Part shown: one piece after another, positions 29,379 to 38,701 of the stretch
Layout of the letters: each line of letters starts with the position of its first letter
How positions within the stretch are numbered: the stretch's first letter is position 1
Source of the DNA: an uncultured Oligoflexia bacterium
Lineage (GTDB): Bacteria > Bdellovibrionota > UBA1018 > CAZJVD01
Assembly (NCBI GenBank): GCA_964549505.1
Contig: CAZJVD010000005.1
Location: 64,618 to 128,617 of the forward strand
Direction of reading: 5' to 3'
Length of the DNA stretch: 64,000 bases
The notes under the pieces: generated by a model
What the model was told of the DNA's origin: nothing
Databases searched by the model: none
Seen by the model: the letters and a program-made list of their open reading frames with translations, nothing else
Position numbers and translations under genes: made by a program

Positions 29379-29860
29379 ATGCGAACCTCGTCGCCAGCAC
29401 TCACACTCTCACGCGTCACCTGACCCGAGTGACCCGAGCCTTCGAGCGCGTGCTTGAGCGTCGTCCAACCCAGAAGCGCACACTTGATCCGCACCGGAAA
29501 GCGGCGAACGCCCTGAAGGGACTCGACATCGGTTCCGGAAAACGAAACCGGATTCTCTCCTTGCATCAGCGCACGAAAGTCTTCGACGGTCTTTCGAGCT
29601 TCATCGACCGTCCGACCCTGAACTTCTTCAGTCATCATACTTGAGCTCGCCATGCAGATCGAACAACCCTCGCCCTGAAACCGACACGCTGTGATGCGCT
29701 TCTGTTCCGTATCGAGCTGCAGACACACACGTACGCGGTCTCCGCAGAGAGGATTGAAACCTTCTTCGACGCGGTCAGGCTTAGGCAGACTGCCGAAGTT
29801 CCGCGGATCACGGTGGTGGTCCAAAATCAGCTCTTTATAAAGCAAATCAAGGTCTTCCAT
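29375..29860 (-). CDS. SufU/IscU-family Fe-S scaffold or sulfur-transfer protein (NifU-like N-terminal domain)
   Basis: N-terminus [21 protein letters not shown], a [26 protein letters not shown] Cys triad, and [10 protein letters not shown]. Start taken at 29860, which leaves an operator-like palindrome upstream. The track start is at 29902. Confidence 0.7.
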   Translation of the reverse strand: MEDLDLLYKELILDHHRDPRNFGSLPKPDRVEEGFNPLCGDRVRVCLQLDTEQKRITACRFQGEGCSICMASSSMMTEEVQGRTVDEARKTVEDFRALMQGENPVSFSGTDVESLQGVRRFPVRIKCALLGWTTLKHALEGSGHSGQVTRESVSAGDEVRI

Positions 29861-29895
29861 CAGCTTTGCGCCCGATTCTACAGGGCCTGAGTATT

Positions 29896-29922
29896 TAATC
29901 AATACTTTTTAGTATTAATTTG
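29896..29922. promoter_or_regulatory. AT-rich imperfect inverted repeat (AATCAATACTtttttAGTATTAATT) in the divergent suf/lipoprotein promoter region
   Basis: Seen directly. 9 of 10 bases match between the arms with a 5-bp spacer, 36-60 bp upstream of the sufU-like ATG. A candidate operator for an unidentified repressor. Confidence 0.35.
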
Positions 29923-29988
29923 ATTTTGCCCCCCAAAGACCCGCCTTATCGTAAACTTAAGCAGTATTGAACCTGAAAGGATCCCCGA

Positions 29989-30348
29989 ATGAGCCGAATA
30001 AGAAAGACATCCTACTGTGTGCTGGGTTTGGTCATGACGACACTGATGATTGGATGCGCCAGCTCGCAGAAGTCCGATGCCGAACTCGCCAAGAGCGATG
30101 GGATTGATGTGCCCATGGCACCGAAAACACCCGTCATCAGCGATGCGACCTCGGTCACATGCTCCAAAGGCAATGACGTTCGAACCGTCTCGAACCTCAA
30201 ACGCGCCAGCGGCGGGTGCGAGGTCGAGTACGTCAAGTTTGGTGAAAAAAACATCGTCGCGAGTGCCGCGAGTGATCTCGGTCATTGCATGAAGATCATG
30301 GAACGGATCGAAGGAAAGCTCAAAGCTTCGGGCTATAGCTGTCAATAG
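29989..30348 (+). CDS. small hypothetical lipoprotein
   Basis: Signal plus lipobox CVLGLVMTTLMIGCASSQ. 119 aa. The 3' end overlaps the hemH 3' end by 29 bp. Confidence 0.4.
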   Translation: MSRIRKTSYCVLGLVMTTLMIGCASSQKSDAELAKSDGIDVPMAPKTPVISDATSVTCSKGNDVRTVSNLKRASGGCEVEYVKFGEKNIVASAASDLGHCMKIMERIEGKLKASGYSCQ

Positions 30349-31414
30349 AACGCGCCTTAAAGTCTTTTAAGCGCGGCTCCTTTGCGCACGACTCGTTTAA
30401 CCACGACGCAAATCCAGCGACCCATTCCGGCGAAGCGTTCACGCACGACACGAGTGTGCACGTCGTTCCCCCGGCTTCTTCGAATTGCTCACGCACGCGG
30501 ATTCCAACCTCTTCGAGTGTTTCGAGACAGTCGGACACAAACGATGGGCATGCAACCACGAGATGGCGCACGCCGTTTTTCGCCAAAGCTGGAACGACTT
30601 CGTCGGTATAGGGGCGGATCCACGGCTTGCGACCGAGACGTGACTGAAACGAAAAACTCCATTTTTCCCTGGGAATCCGTAGATTTTCAGCAAGCCCCTT
30701 AGCCGTGGCGAGACACTGCGCTCGGTAACAGTGCTCGAGACGCGCCCCGGGTTGCTCACAGCAATCCGCACTCTCGAAACAGCTTTCGCAGCCTGAAATT
30801 TTTTGAATCTGGTGCACCGGAAGACCATGAAAGCTGAAAAGAACATGGTCCCATGTCTGAACGGATAACTTTTTTCTAATCTCGGACGCCTGCGCTTCGA
30901 TAAAAGCACGCGCATCGAAAAACGGTGAGGCACGACGAATCGTGATCTCCGTCGCTTGTTTTCGAGCCAGCTTCTCAACGTACTGAAACGTCGACTCACT
31001 CGAAGCAAGCGCATACTGCGGGTAGAGCGGAACCACACGCACGGTTTTCACGCCAGCCGCTACGAGCTCACGAAACGCAGCGGCGAGCGACGGAGTTCCG
31101 TAACGCATACCGAACGCCACCGGACCCAAGCCATGAACGCCCGCCTGGGCACGGAGCTTTTCAATAAACTCACTCGAATGGAATCGAAGAGGGGAACCCT
31201 TCTCGGACCAGATCTTTTGATAAGCCTTCGCAGAAGCGTGCTTCCGACGAGGTGTGATCACCACGTTCACGAGTAGCCACCTAAAAACAGCAGGGATATC
31301 AATGACATGTGGGTCCATCAGGAACTCCCGGAGATACCGACCTACTGCCTCGGGCGTCGGAGCGTCAGGAGTGCCTAGATTAGCTAGAAGCCAGCCCTCA
31401 CCTTTGTCGATCAC
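30320..31414 (-). CDS. hemH: ferrochelatase
   Basis: N-terminus GWLLANLGTPDAPTPEAVGRYLREFLMDPHVIDIP. 364 aa, co-linear with ferrochelatase family conservation. Confidence 0.85.
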   Translation of the reverse strand: MIDKGEGWLLANLGTPDAPTPEAVGRYLREFLMDPHVIDIPAVFRWLLVNVVITPRRKHASAKAYQKIWSEKGSPLRFHSSEFIEKLRAQAGVHGLGPVAFGMRYGTPSLAAAFRELVAAGVKTVRVVPLYPQYALASSESTFQYVEKLARKQATEITIRRASPFFDARAFIEAQASEIRKKLSVQTWDHVLFSFHGLPVHQIQKISGCESCFESADCCEQPGARLEHCYRAQCLATAKGLAENLRIPREKWSFSFQSRLGRKPWIRPYTDEVVPALAKNGVRHLVVACPSFVSDCLETLEEVGIRVREQFEEAGGTTCTLVSCVNASPEWVAGFASWLNESCAKEPRLKDFKARSIDSYSPKL

Positions 31415-32062
31415 TCAATCCTCTTTCAACTCGGTCACGACGCGGTTGGAAATCTCATCTCGATCGTCACTACGCCTTGGAAAATAACGAGCGAGCTTCT
31501 CACCGGTGTTGAGTACAGCCGTTTCAATGGCCTTTGGAAGATCCTTGTTAAGACCCTTTCCCAAAAGACGAATCTCATCGTTCCAATACTCAGTACCTAC
31601 CTTTTCGTGAATTCCACGGTCCGCCAGAATCTCCACTCTTCGTTCCAGTAAGGACACGTACAAGAGAACAGCCGCGCGATCGCGGGTTTCGAAAAGACCG
31701 AGGGTCGCAAACTGTTCGAGACAGGCTCGGTGTACAACCTCACGTGCCCAATGATCCCACACCAACCAACGCCTGAACGCCGGAATGACAGGAAGAACAG
31801 ATCCAATGGCAGCGCCCACGGTCTGAAAAATCAAGAGGCCACGAACACCCGCGTCCCAAAACAGGTTCTGTCCCGCCAGTAAAAAAATTCCTGAACCCAA
31901 AATAAAGCCAAGGAAAGCTGAAAACCAGTACGAGAACATGTAGTGGCTGCTGGCACCCACGACTTGCACCACGATCTCACCGCTCGTACGCAGCTCCGCC
32001 TTTTGAACGGCTGCTTCAATAATCGCAAGCTCTGCTTCCGAAAACACACGCTTCTTTACCAT
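31415..32062 (-). CDS. TPM-domain (formerly DUF477) membrane protein
   Basis: Start taken at MVKKRVFSEAELAIIEAAVQKAELRTSGEIVVQVV, a TPM-like N-terminus. The ATGGTAA overlap with the upstream TPM gene indicates translational coupling. Confidence 0.65.
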   Translation of the reverse strand: MVKKRVFSEAELAIIEAAVQKAELRTSGEIVVQVVGASSHYMFSYWFSAFLGFILGSGIFLLAGQNLFWDAGVRGLLIFQTVGAAIGSVLPVIPAFRRWLVWDHWAREVVHRACLEQFATLGLFETRDRAAVLLYVSLLERRVEILADRGIHEKVGTEYWNDEIRLLGKGLNKDLPKAIETAVLNTGEKLARYFPRRSDDRDEISNRVVTELKED

Positions 32063-32838
32063 CGCGACGACGCCCCTCCTCCACCAAAACCTCCGCCAAA
32101 ACCTCCACCCCCGAACCCGCCGCCTCCGAATCCACCGCCCCATCCCCCACCACCCGGACCTCGTCGGCCCCAACCGAAACCTGTTCTGGGCTGAAGACGC
32201 GAACCAGTGAAAATGCGAAGGACGAGAAAGAAGATCAACAAGAAGAAGAACCATCCCATTCCAGAAAATCGCACCGTCTTACGAGGCGACGTCCGAGCAC
32301 CACCCTCAGTCGGTACCCCAAGTTTCTCGGCCATCGCCTCCAGACCAGCGACGACAGCCTGACCGCGGTACCCGTTACGCAAGAGCGGTACGATGTGATC
32401 GGACAGAATACGCTTTGCTTCCACGTCGGTAATGAATTCTTCAAGCCCGTAGCCGACCTCGAGTCGGAGCGCGCGGTCGGAGGGAACCACGACCAACACA
32501 AAACCACGATCGGACTTCTTGTCGCCCAGCTTCCAGGCGTCAGCGACCTTGATCGCGAACTCTTCGACGGACATGCCACGCGTGTCGGCCGCGATCAGCA
32601 CGACACCTTGTGCGTTCGCACGTTCACGCAGCTCGGTTAAAGTCGACACAATGGCGGAACGATCGCCACCCGAAAGCCACGCGATCTCCTCCACCACAGG
32701 GCCGGTCATAGGACCTATGACACTTGGAACCGGCGGCTGATCGGCGAGTGCAAGCGCACTCAGAAACACCCACGCGCCGCACAGGCCCCATATTCTGCAC
32801 CACATTCTATTGATGAACCTAGCGCCCCTTTGTACCAA
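32056..32838 (-). CDS. TPM-domain protein (YgcG-like) with a C-terminal transmembrane segment and a Gly-rich (GGGFGGG)n tail
   Basis: A signal peptide, then SVIGPMTGPVVEEIAWLS..VVLIAADTRGMSVEEFAIKVADAWKLGDKKSDRGFVLVVV (TPM core). The tail is GWGRRGPGGGGWGGGFGGGGFGGGGFGGG. Confidence 0.75.
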   Translation of the reverse strand: MVQRGARFINRMWCRIWGLCGAWVFLSALALADQPPVPSVIGPMTGPVVEEIAWLSGGDRSAIVSTLTELRERANAQGVVLIAADTRGMSVEEFAIKVADAWKLGDKKSDRGFVLVVVPSDRALRLEVGYGLEEFITDVEAKRILSDHIVPLLRNGYRGQAVVAGLEAMAEKLGVPTEGGARTSPRKTVRFSGMGWFFFLLIFFLVLRIFTGSRLQPRTGFGWGRRGPGGGGWGGGFGGGGFGGGGFGGGFGGGGASSRW

Positions 32839-33438
32839 CTAAAACGCCACTTTCGGTGCCTGAGCAGCTCCCTGCTCCGCTGAAAAAGACTCGCGTACAT
32901 TCAAATGTAGAAGATATTTTGCTGTGAGATTCGTCGGAAAGTGACGAACCAGTTCGTTGTACTCCTTGATGGACTCAGCAAAGCGAACGCGCGCCACATT
33001 GATACGATTCTCAGTTCCTTCTAATTGTGCCTGGAGATCCCGAAAGTTCTCGTTAGCTTTGAGATCGGGATACTTCTCGACCACAACCAAAAGACGGCCG
33101 AGAGCTGAGCTCACGCTCGACTGAGCATCCGTATACTTCTTGATCGCCGCCGGATCTCCGACTTGCTCGGCTCGAAGGCCACCACCGCTGGTCGCCTGAA
33201 GCGCTTTGGTGCGCGCTTCCATCACCGCCGTAAGCGTATCTTTTTCATGCTTGGCGTAACCTTTTACGGTTTCCACAAGATTGGGGATCAAATCAAAACG
33301 GCGTTGGTAAGCAGCTTCGACGGTGGACCACGACTGTTTGACGGCTTCGTCGGCTGATTGCAAACGATTGTACCCACAACCACTTAAGATAACGAGTGCA
33401 GCAAACACACTCAGAGACAGCAGTTTCTTTGTTTTCAT
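32839..33438 (-). CDS. lemA: LemA-family protein
   Basis: MKTKKLLSLSVFAALVILSGCGYNRLQSADEAVKQSWSTVEAAYQRRFDLIPNLVETVKGYAKHEKDT is the LemA signature. The LemA then TPM-family gene order is classic. Confidence 0.85.
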   Translation of the reverse strand: MKTKKLLSLSVFAALVILSGCGYNRLQSADEAVKQSWSTVEAAYQRRFDLIPNLVETVKGYAKHEKDTLTAVMEARTKALQATSGGGLRAEQVGDPAAIKKYTDAQSSVSSALGRLLVVVEKYPDLKANENFRDLQAQLEGTENRINVARVRFAESIKEYNELVRHFPTNLTAKYLLHLNVRESFSAEQGAAQAPKVAF

Positions 33439-33474
33439 GCCGCACTTTTATCACAAAATGCGTGTACGAAGAGC

Positions 33475-36400
33475 TTAATCTTCGGGGTTTGCGCGCAGAC
33501 TCTCGGCGAGTTCGTCGTACAGAGCGCGCTGCCACGAAAGCAGGGCTTCAGGCTTCACGGCTTTTGCTTCTTGCGAAGCCACGCTGCGGTACCCATGGCG
33601 CCAAGCTGCACGCGCTAAAAACAGATGAACCGCATCGGCATACTTTGGATTTTTTTCCGCGACCTTCAGCAGTGGAGCCGCGGTCCAAGGATCACCCAGA
33701 GCCAGTCGCATAAACCCTATCAGGAAACTTCGGTCTTCGAGGGACTCATTTGAGTACGCTACGTACTCCGCTGCTGCCCATCCGCCTTTTTGAATGAACT
33801 GATAGACCTTATTAAGTCCCGAGGTCTTTTTCCCTTCGCGTTCGGCTTTTTCGAAGGCCGCTTCGAGCGCGAAGAGATCGTCCGCTTGATCTGGAACGTC
33901 TGGAAAGCACGGCATCTGATCGCACAGCGGTGGCTTCGCCTTTTCCAGAGGTGGCATGTAAACGAGTTGCTCGCGTTCGCGATCACAAACATTCTTTTCT
34001 TGATTGTAGATCGACTTCATCTCGACAATCTTTGAGTCGATCTTCTTTACAAAGTCCGGCCACTGTTTACTTTCAATGACGGGGCTCTTCATGAAAACAA
34101 GTCGGTCCACTGCATCTTTCTGAATCTTTGCAGCGGCGCAAAGGGCTGTGATTGTCACCTGAGGAACACCGGTATTGAGAAACTTTTTGAGCTCGTCCTT
34201 GCTGGCACCCAGATCTTTGAGTGTTTCAGCGACACGATCGAGTCGCGATCGAAGCTGTTGTGCTGCCGGACCACTGTCGGATGCTGGTTTACGATCGTTC
34301 GCCCATTTTGCTGACGGGAGCTTACTCACATCGAGGCCACTCTCCATCACGCGCATCCAAAGAGGCTGGAGAACACCCACGCCTCGAAGCGTTTCGGCGT
34401 TGGCCTGCAGATAAACCTTGATCTCGTCGTACACGGGATGCTTATCCCGAAGTGTTTGGAGATAAACATCGCGCATCAGAATCCACACCGGCGCTTCAGC
34501 TTTCTTTGGATCCAGGAGCGGCTTCAAAGACGCCCATGCCGATTGATAGATCTTGTTCCAATAGTACATCCGCGCGATGGTAAGACGGTTCTTTGACTCA
34601 AAGAGAAAGGGAGCTTTCCGTTCAAGGAGAATCGCGATCTGCTCTTTCGTCTTCTTGGGTTCGTAGTAGCTTCCGTACAACAGCATGGCTTCCCAACGAA
34701 TAAGATCGTGCTTGGGATGATCGGGATACACAGCAAGTCCCTGCACTAAGGCATCCGCGCGATGGACCATCTGTCCGAGGCTCTCCCATGCTTTTGCTTC
34801 TTGCATGAAAATTTGAAACACGAGTTCCGATGAATTCTTATCGAGACCCGGGCGCGCAACGCCAGAGGCCTTGAACCGTTCGAGCTCCTTGAAAAATTCT
34901 TCTGATTCGGCTGGCAACTTATACGTGACCAAAAGGTTGTGCCAACTCTTCACCGTCACATCAGATGCAGTGCTAGAGCCCGTAGCTCGTGCGTACCATG
35001 CCCTTGCCTCGACCGAGTTCTTTGCCTTCTCTTCTTTGAAAGCAGCCTGGAAGGCCGCTTCCTGACGAATGCTTTTAACTTGTTTCAGGAACTCTGCGCT
35101 CTTTGCATCGCCCTTCTTAGAGACGATTTCGGCGACAGCGTCGGAGGATAGGAATGCTTCTCTCCACTGCTCGTCTTTATACAAGCGCTTGTTATGCGAA
35201 AAAAACTGTTCTTCGTGGTGCTTGTCCACTCCATCGCGATCGAAGAGCATCACGAGAACGTTACGCGCACGCTCAAACTGCGAAGCGTAAAACAGCGACT
35301 CAAGAACCAGAAACTCAGCAAGGGTCTTATCTTTCGACTTTGGAAACTGCTGAATATACCACTCGGCACCTTCAGCGACTTTCACGTAATCGTCCGCGCC
35401 GACTCCCTTTTGGTTCGCCAACTTCTGCGATACTTCCTTGAGAAGCCGAAGAACACTCAACGCAGCATCGTCACGGTTTTCGTAGCCTTGAATCTCAGCC
35501 GCGCGACGATACCAGGCCAACGCATCGACGGTTTGCTTGAGTTGTTCCTTGCGTTGCGCCCCGTAGTACCAGAGATGACCCTCTTTAGAGTTAGGATAGT
35601 GACTGAGAAACGAAGCGTACAGTTCGTCCGTGGCTTTCCAGATATCGCGATCGTCGGTCTTCTTCGCTTCTTTGTGAATCGTCAGAAGAAGTGCCACGAT
35701 CTTGCTTTCGAGATCGTCGCCCTCTTTGCTGTCCTTCGGAAGTTTCGGCAGATACTCTTTGAGAGCAAGTGGCATCAGCTCTCGTTTGCCAGCGGCCAAT
35801 AGTGTGTAGAGCAACTCGTTCATCCAGAGGTACGAACGCGTGTCGCTCGGAGTTTTGAGCAAGATACTCCACACGGATATCGAGTCTTCAAATCGTCCGA
35901 TTTTTTTGTAGACCAACGCGAGACGTTCACGAGCCCGAATTTTGTCATCCGCTGTCCACCCAAAAATTTCGAGTTCTTGAAGCGCATCTTTGAAGCTGGC
36001 CTGCTCTGCCAACATCATGAGCATGTCCTGTCGCGCCTCGCGCGCTAAACTACCCGGAAGATCCGCTTGGTCACGATGACGTTGATAGTGAAGCACAAGA
36101 CGCTCGAGGTGACGAAGAGCAGCCCACTTCTTTTCCTGGTTGTAGAGAACCCACGATGCCTTGTAGACGCCATACGCCGACTTTTCGGGGTTGCCCAGTT
36201 GGGCAAGCAATCGATAGTTCACGATGGCTTTCTCAAAGTTTGCATCGTCAAAGTAGTAGTCCGCTAAGATCTGAAAAACGTCGGCGCGGTACACCCCATT
36301 GGGATAGAGCTCGCTGAACCTGTTTAAGAACGGAATCGCCTCGCGCGTTTTCGTCTGTTCCCACAAGCAAGCAATATAGAGGAAGGCAGCGTCTTCCGGT

Positions 36401-37638
36401 AAGGACGCTCTTCCTTTTTCAACCATGGCATTAATGATGGGTCTAAGAAGATTCTCGGCGATTCGAAGCGCTTCCTGAGACTGCGTCTTGTACTTGGTCG
36501 GGTCTTCGACACGATAGACGCTGGCCAGATGCCAGTGAAGTTCCGCGCCCAGGTGCACGACCGCTCCGTCGCGCGCTGAATCGGGTATCCTTTTGTAGAG
36601 ATCCACAAGCTTCGAAAGGGCCCCGAGACGTGTCTTAAAATCCCCAGTTGCCGCTTGCTTGTCGACATAGTGGTCAAATCCAGTTTCAACTAAGAACTTT
36701 TCTCGCAGCACTTCAAGAGCGTTTGGAACAAGTGCGTGTTCAGCCCGCGCGAAAGCTCGTTCTTTATCGCCGCTCCGCGAGAGCGTGAAAGCTTCGATGA
36801 GCGCGAGCTCACCTCGCTCACCGTCACGCATACGCTTTTCAACATCGTGAGCGGCATCCAACGCGCGTGTCAACTCCTCCGTACGTGTGTGCGTTCCCAA
36901 GGCGAGTAAAGACCAAAGACGTCCGAGCGATGCAGCAGGTGCGAAGGCCGAGTTTTCAGGAATCGCTTCAAAGTAGACGAGCGCTTCATCGAATCGCTTC
37001 TTTTGGTAGTAGGCGCGACCCAGTAAAATGTACGCTAACTCACGCCACAGTTCGTACGGGCCAACTGTCCCGACATACAACTGAGCGGGAGCGCCCGAAC
37101 CACCCGAAACATAAAGAGGATCAAAGCGTGACTCGGACAGGAGAAGCTCAAGGTTCTCAATGACGACGTCGGCTTTTCCTTCGAACTCGTGATCAAGCGC
37201 TTCAAGGGTCACACGCACGGGGTAGTCCGGGCTCTGCTTGCCAATCGGCCAGGACTTTAGCGCCTTCTTGAGAGTGTCGGTTGTATCGAGCCAAGTCGCC
37301 AGATCCGACATCTGAAGGGGGCGGACGATCTCTGCTACTTTTTCTGGTGCGTTTTCTGTCACTCTTTTCGCCACCGTGTTCGAAGGCGCCGCTGACGAGA
37401 CCACCGACGGATAGACCTCGGGTTTGTTAGCTGGCTTTGTGACGGGTTTTGCGCCCTTTGAAATCTTTTTCTGAACGGTCTTTTTCTGAGAATTTTGCTT
37501 TGGCGCCGGCTTTACAGGTCGTTTCGCTGCCGATTTTGCTTTTGCCTTGCTGACGGGCTTCGCCGCATGCACGCTCGAAAGCGATAGACTCACGGCAACG
37601 GCCATAGCTGCTACGACGCCGGCGAGACACCTCATCAC
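33475..37638 (-). CDS. giant (1387 aa) secreted TPR-repeat protein with a Lys/Ala/Pro-rich N-terminal region
   Basis: Signal peptide AMAVAVSLSLSSVHA, then KPVSKAKAKSAAKRPVKPAPK. It shows TPR-like periodicity throughout (LG/AY/YY helical hairpins). Its start overlaps the stop of the GYF-PilZ gene by 4 bp. Confidence 0.6.
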   Translation of the reverse strand: MMRCLAGVVAAMAVAVSLSLSSVHAAKPVSKAKAKSAAKRPVKPAPKQNSQKKTVQKKISKGAKPVTKPANKPEVYPSVVSSAAPSNTVAKRVTENAPEKVAEIVRPLQMSDLATWLDTTDTLKKALKSWPIGKQSPDYPVRVTLEALDHEFEGKADVVIENLELLLSESRFDPLYVSGGSGAPAQLYVGTVGPYELWRELAYILLGRAYYQKKRFDEALVYFEAIPENSAFAPAASLGRLWSLLALGTHTRTEELTRALDAAHDVEKRMRDGERGELALIEAFTLSRSGDKERAFARAEHALVPNALEVLREKFLVETGFDHYVDKQAATGDFKTRLGALSKLVDLYKRIPDSARDGAVVHLGAELHWHLASVYRVEDPTKYKTQSQEALRIAENLLRPIINAMVEKGRASLPEDAAFLYIACLWEQTKTREAIPFLNRFSELYPNGVYRADVFQILADYYFDDANFEKAIVNYRLLAQLGNPEKSAYGVYKASWVLYNQEKKWAALRHLERLVLHYQRHRDQADLPGSLAREARQDMLMMLAEQASFKDALQELEIFGWTADDKIRARERLALVYKKIGRFEDSISVWSILLKTPSDTRSYLWMNELLYTLLAAGKRELMPLALKEYLPKLPKDSKEGDDLESKIVALLLTIHKEAKKTDDRDIWKATDELYASFLSHYPNSKEGHLWYYGAQRKEQLKQTVDALAWYRRAAEIQGYENRDDAALSVLRLLKEVSQKLANQKGVGADDYVKVAEGAEWYIQQFPKSKDKTLAEFLVLESLFYASQFERARNVLVMLFDRDGVDKHHEEQFFSHNKRLYKDEQWREAFLSSDAVAEIVSKKGDAKSAEFLKQVKSIRQEAAFQAAFKEEKAKNSVEARAWYARATGSSTASDVTVKSWHNLLVTYKLPAESEEFFKELERFKASGVARPGLDKNSSELVFQIFMQEAKAWESLGQMVHRADALVQGLAVYPDHPKHDLIRWEAMLLYGSYYEPKKTKEQIAILLERKAPFLFESKNRLTIARMYYWNKIYQSAWASLKPLLDPKKAEAPVWILMRDVYLQTLRDKHPVYDEIKVYLQANAETLRGVGVLQPLWMRVMESGLDVSKLPSAKWANDRKPASDSGPAAQQLRSRLDRVAETLKDLGASKDELKKFLNTGVPQVTITALCAAAKIQKDAVDRLVFMKSPVIESKQWPDFVKKIDSKIVEMKSIYNQEKNVCDREREQLVYMPPLEKAKPPLCDQMPCFPDVPDQADDLFALEAAFEKAEREGKKTSGLNKVYQFIQKGGWAAAEYVAYSNESLEDRSFLIGFMRLALGDPWTAAPLLKVAEKNPKYADAVHLFLARAAWRHGYRSVASQEAKAVKPEALLSWQRALYDELAESLRANPED

Positions 37639-38519
37639 GCCACCTCCCTTGTCGCTCGCGGTGCGTGCGCAAGTTCGTGCATGACAAACTCGGCAATCTG
37701 CCTGCGTAGCTTCGGACTCATACGGAGAAAGAATAAGCCAACACCCTTCTTGCCATCGTGATTGAGCACACGAATCACAACTGTCGAAACCGAGAATGTT
37801 CCGATGCCAGGGACACCCCGAAGCGTGACAACAAGCTCCTCTCCTTTTTCAAAAGGATCCTTCTCGTCCAAAAGAACGAAGACACCCTTTTCGGAGATAT
37901 CCGCACACCGCGCTGTGATCACACGTTTATGGTCGTGCAGAATAATCGGAACTTCGAGTGGAACACGCGGGTAACGGCGATAGTTGTTTTCTGTCGTGTA
38001 CTCACCGGGCTGGCGTGGTTCAGGACGTGGCTCAGGACGCGATTCGATGCGCTGGTGTGGTCGAACGGCGGGTTCAGGCCGAACAGGTTGGCGGCGTTGA
38101 ACTGTTTGGGGCACCTTTTGGGCCACCGTTTGCGGCGCTGGTTGTGGAGTCGGTCGAACAACGGGTTTTGAAACAGGTTTTGCCGCTGCTTTTGCCACAG
38201 GCGGCGGGGCAGTAACGGGCGCCGGAGACGACGCAGGCTTCGCGGGTTTAAAGCTCGGAGCGGGCGGAACAGGAACACTCAAAGTCGGTGGTCGCTTCTC
38301 CAGATTCTCGGTGAAGTCGACAACCTCAAAAATTCGTTTCCAGCTCTTCTCACCCGTCTGGGCCCAGAGAGAACAGTAGATAAACTCGTCAAAACGCAGC
38401 GTTCCCGCGCTCAACCGGCTTTGAATATCCTCGGTCCTATAAGGACCAACAGGATCTCCGGATTCCGAATCTGGCAGATACCAGCGTTTCTTTGGAGGTT
38501 TTTTTGATGTTGAGTCCAT
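37635..38519 (-). CDS. GYF_2 (DUF4339)-domain plus PilZ-domain protein with a Pro-rich linker; putative c-di-GMP receptor
   Basis: N-terminus WYLPDSESGDPVGPYRTEDIQSRLSAGTLRFDEFIYCSLWAQTGEKSWKRI (GYF_2 pattern). C-terminus RRYPRV (RxxxR) and DISEKGVFV (DxSxxG) PilZ motifs. Confidence 0.7.
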   Translation of the reverse strand: MDSTSKKPPKKRWYLPDSESGDPVGPYRTEDIQSRLSAGTLRFDEFIYCSLWAQTGEKSWKRIFEVVDFTENLEKRPPTLSVPVPPAPSFKPAKPASSPAPVTAPPPVAKAAAKPVSKPVVRPTPQPAPQTVAQKVPQTVQRRQPVRPEPAVRPHQRIESRPEPRPEPRQPGEYTTENNYRRYPRVPLEVPIILHDHKRVITARCADISEKGVFVLLDEKDPFEKGEELVVTLRGVPGIGTFSVSTVVIRVLNHDGKKGVGLFFLRMSPKLRRQIAEFVMHELAHAPRATREVA

Positions 38520-38701
38520 TGCTCTAGAGCCTGCTCCTATTCGTAGACTTTTCGGCGCCTTGACCAGTTTTTTTAACCCCTAAGTAGGGCGTGTCCTGGT
38601 GTCAAAAATCGGCATTTCCGTTCAAGGAGTGCCCTTAAAACGCCGAAACGTTACCCAGGAGAAGCATAGCGAAAAGCATAACGAGACGTAGAACGACTCA
38701 T

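Noticed and set aside
37758-38278. Antisense ORFs opposite the GYF-PilZ gene
   Set aside because: They mirror the Pro-rich linker (producing Arg/Leu-rich nonsense). The sense-strand protein has clear domain motifs.
38596-38615. Sigma-54-like TGGTGT...TCGGCA motif upstream of the Ig-repeat gene
   Set aside because: The GG-to-GC spacing is 12 nt rather than the required 10, and the match to the TGGCAC-N5-TTGC consensus is poor.
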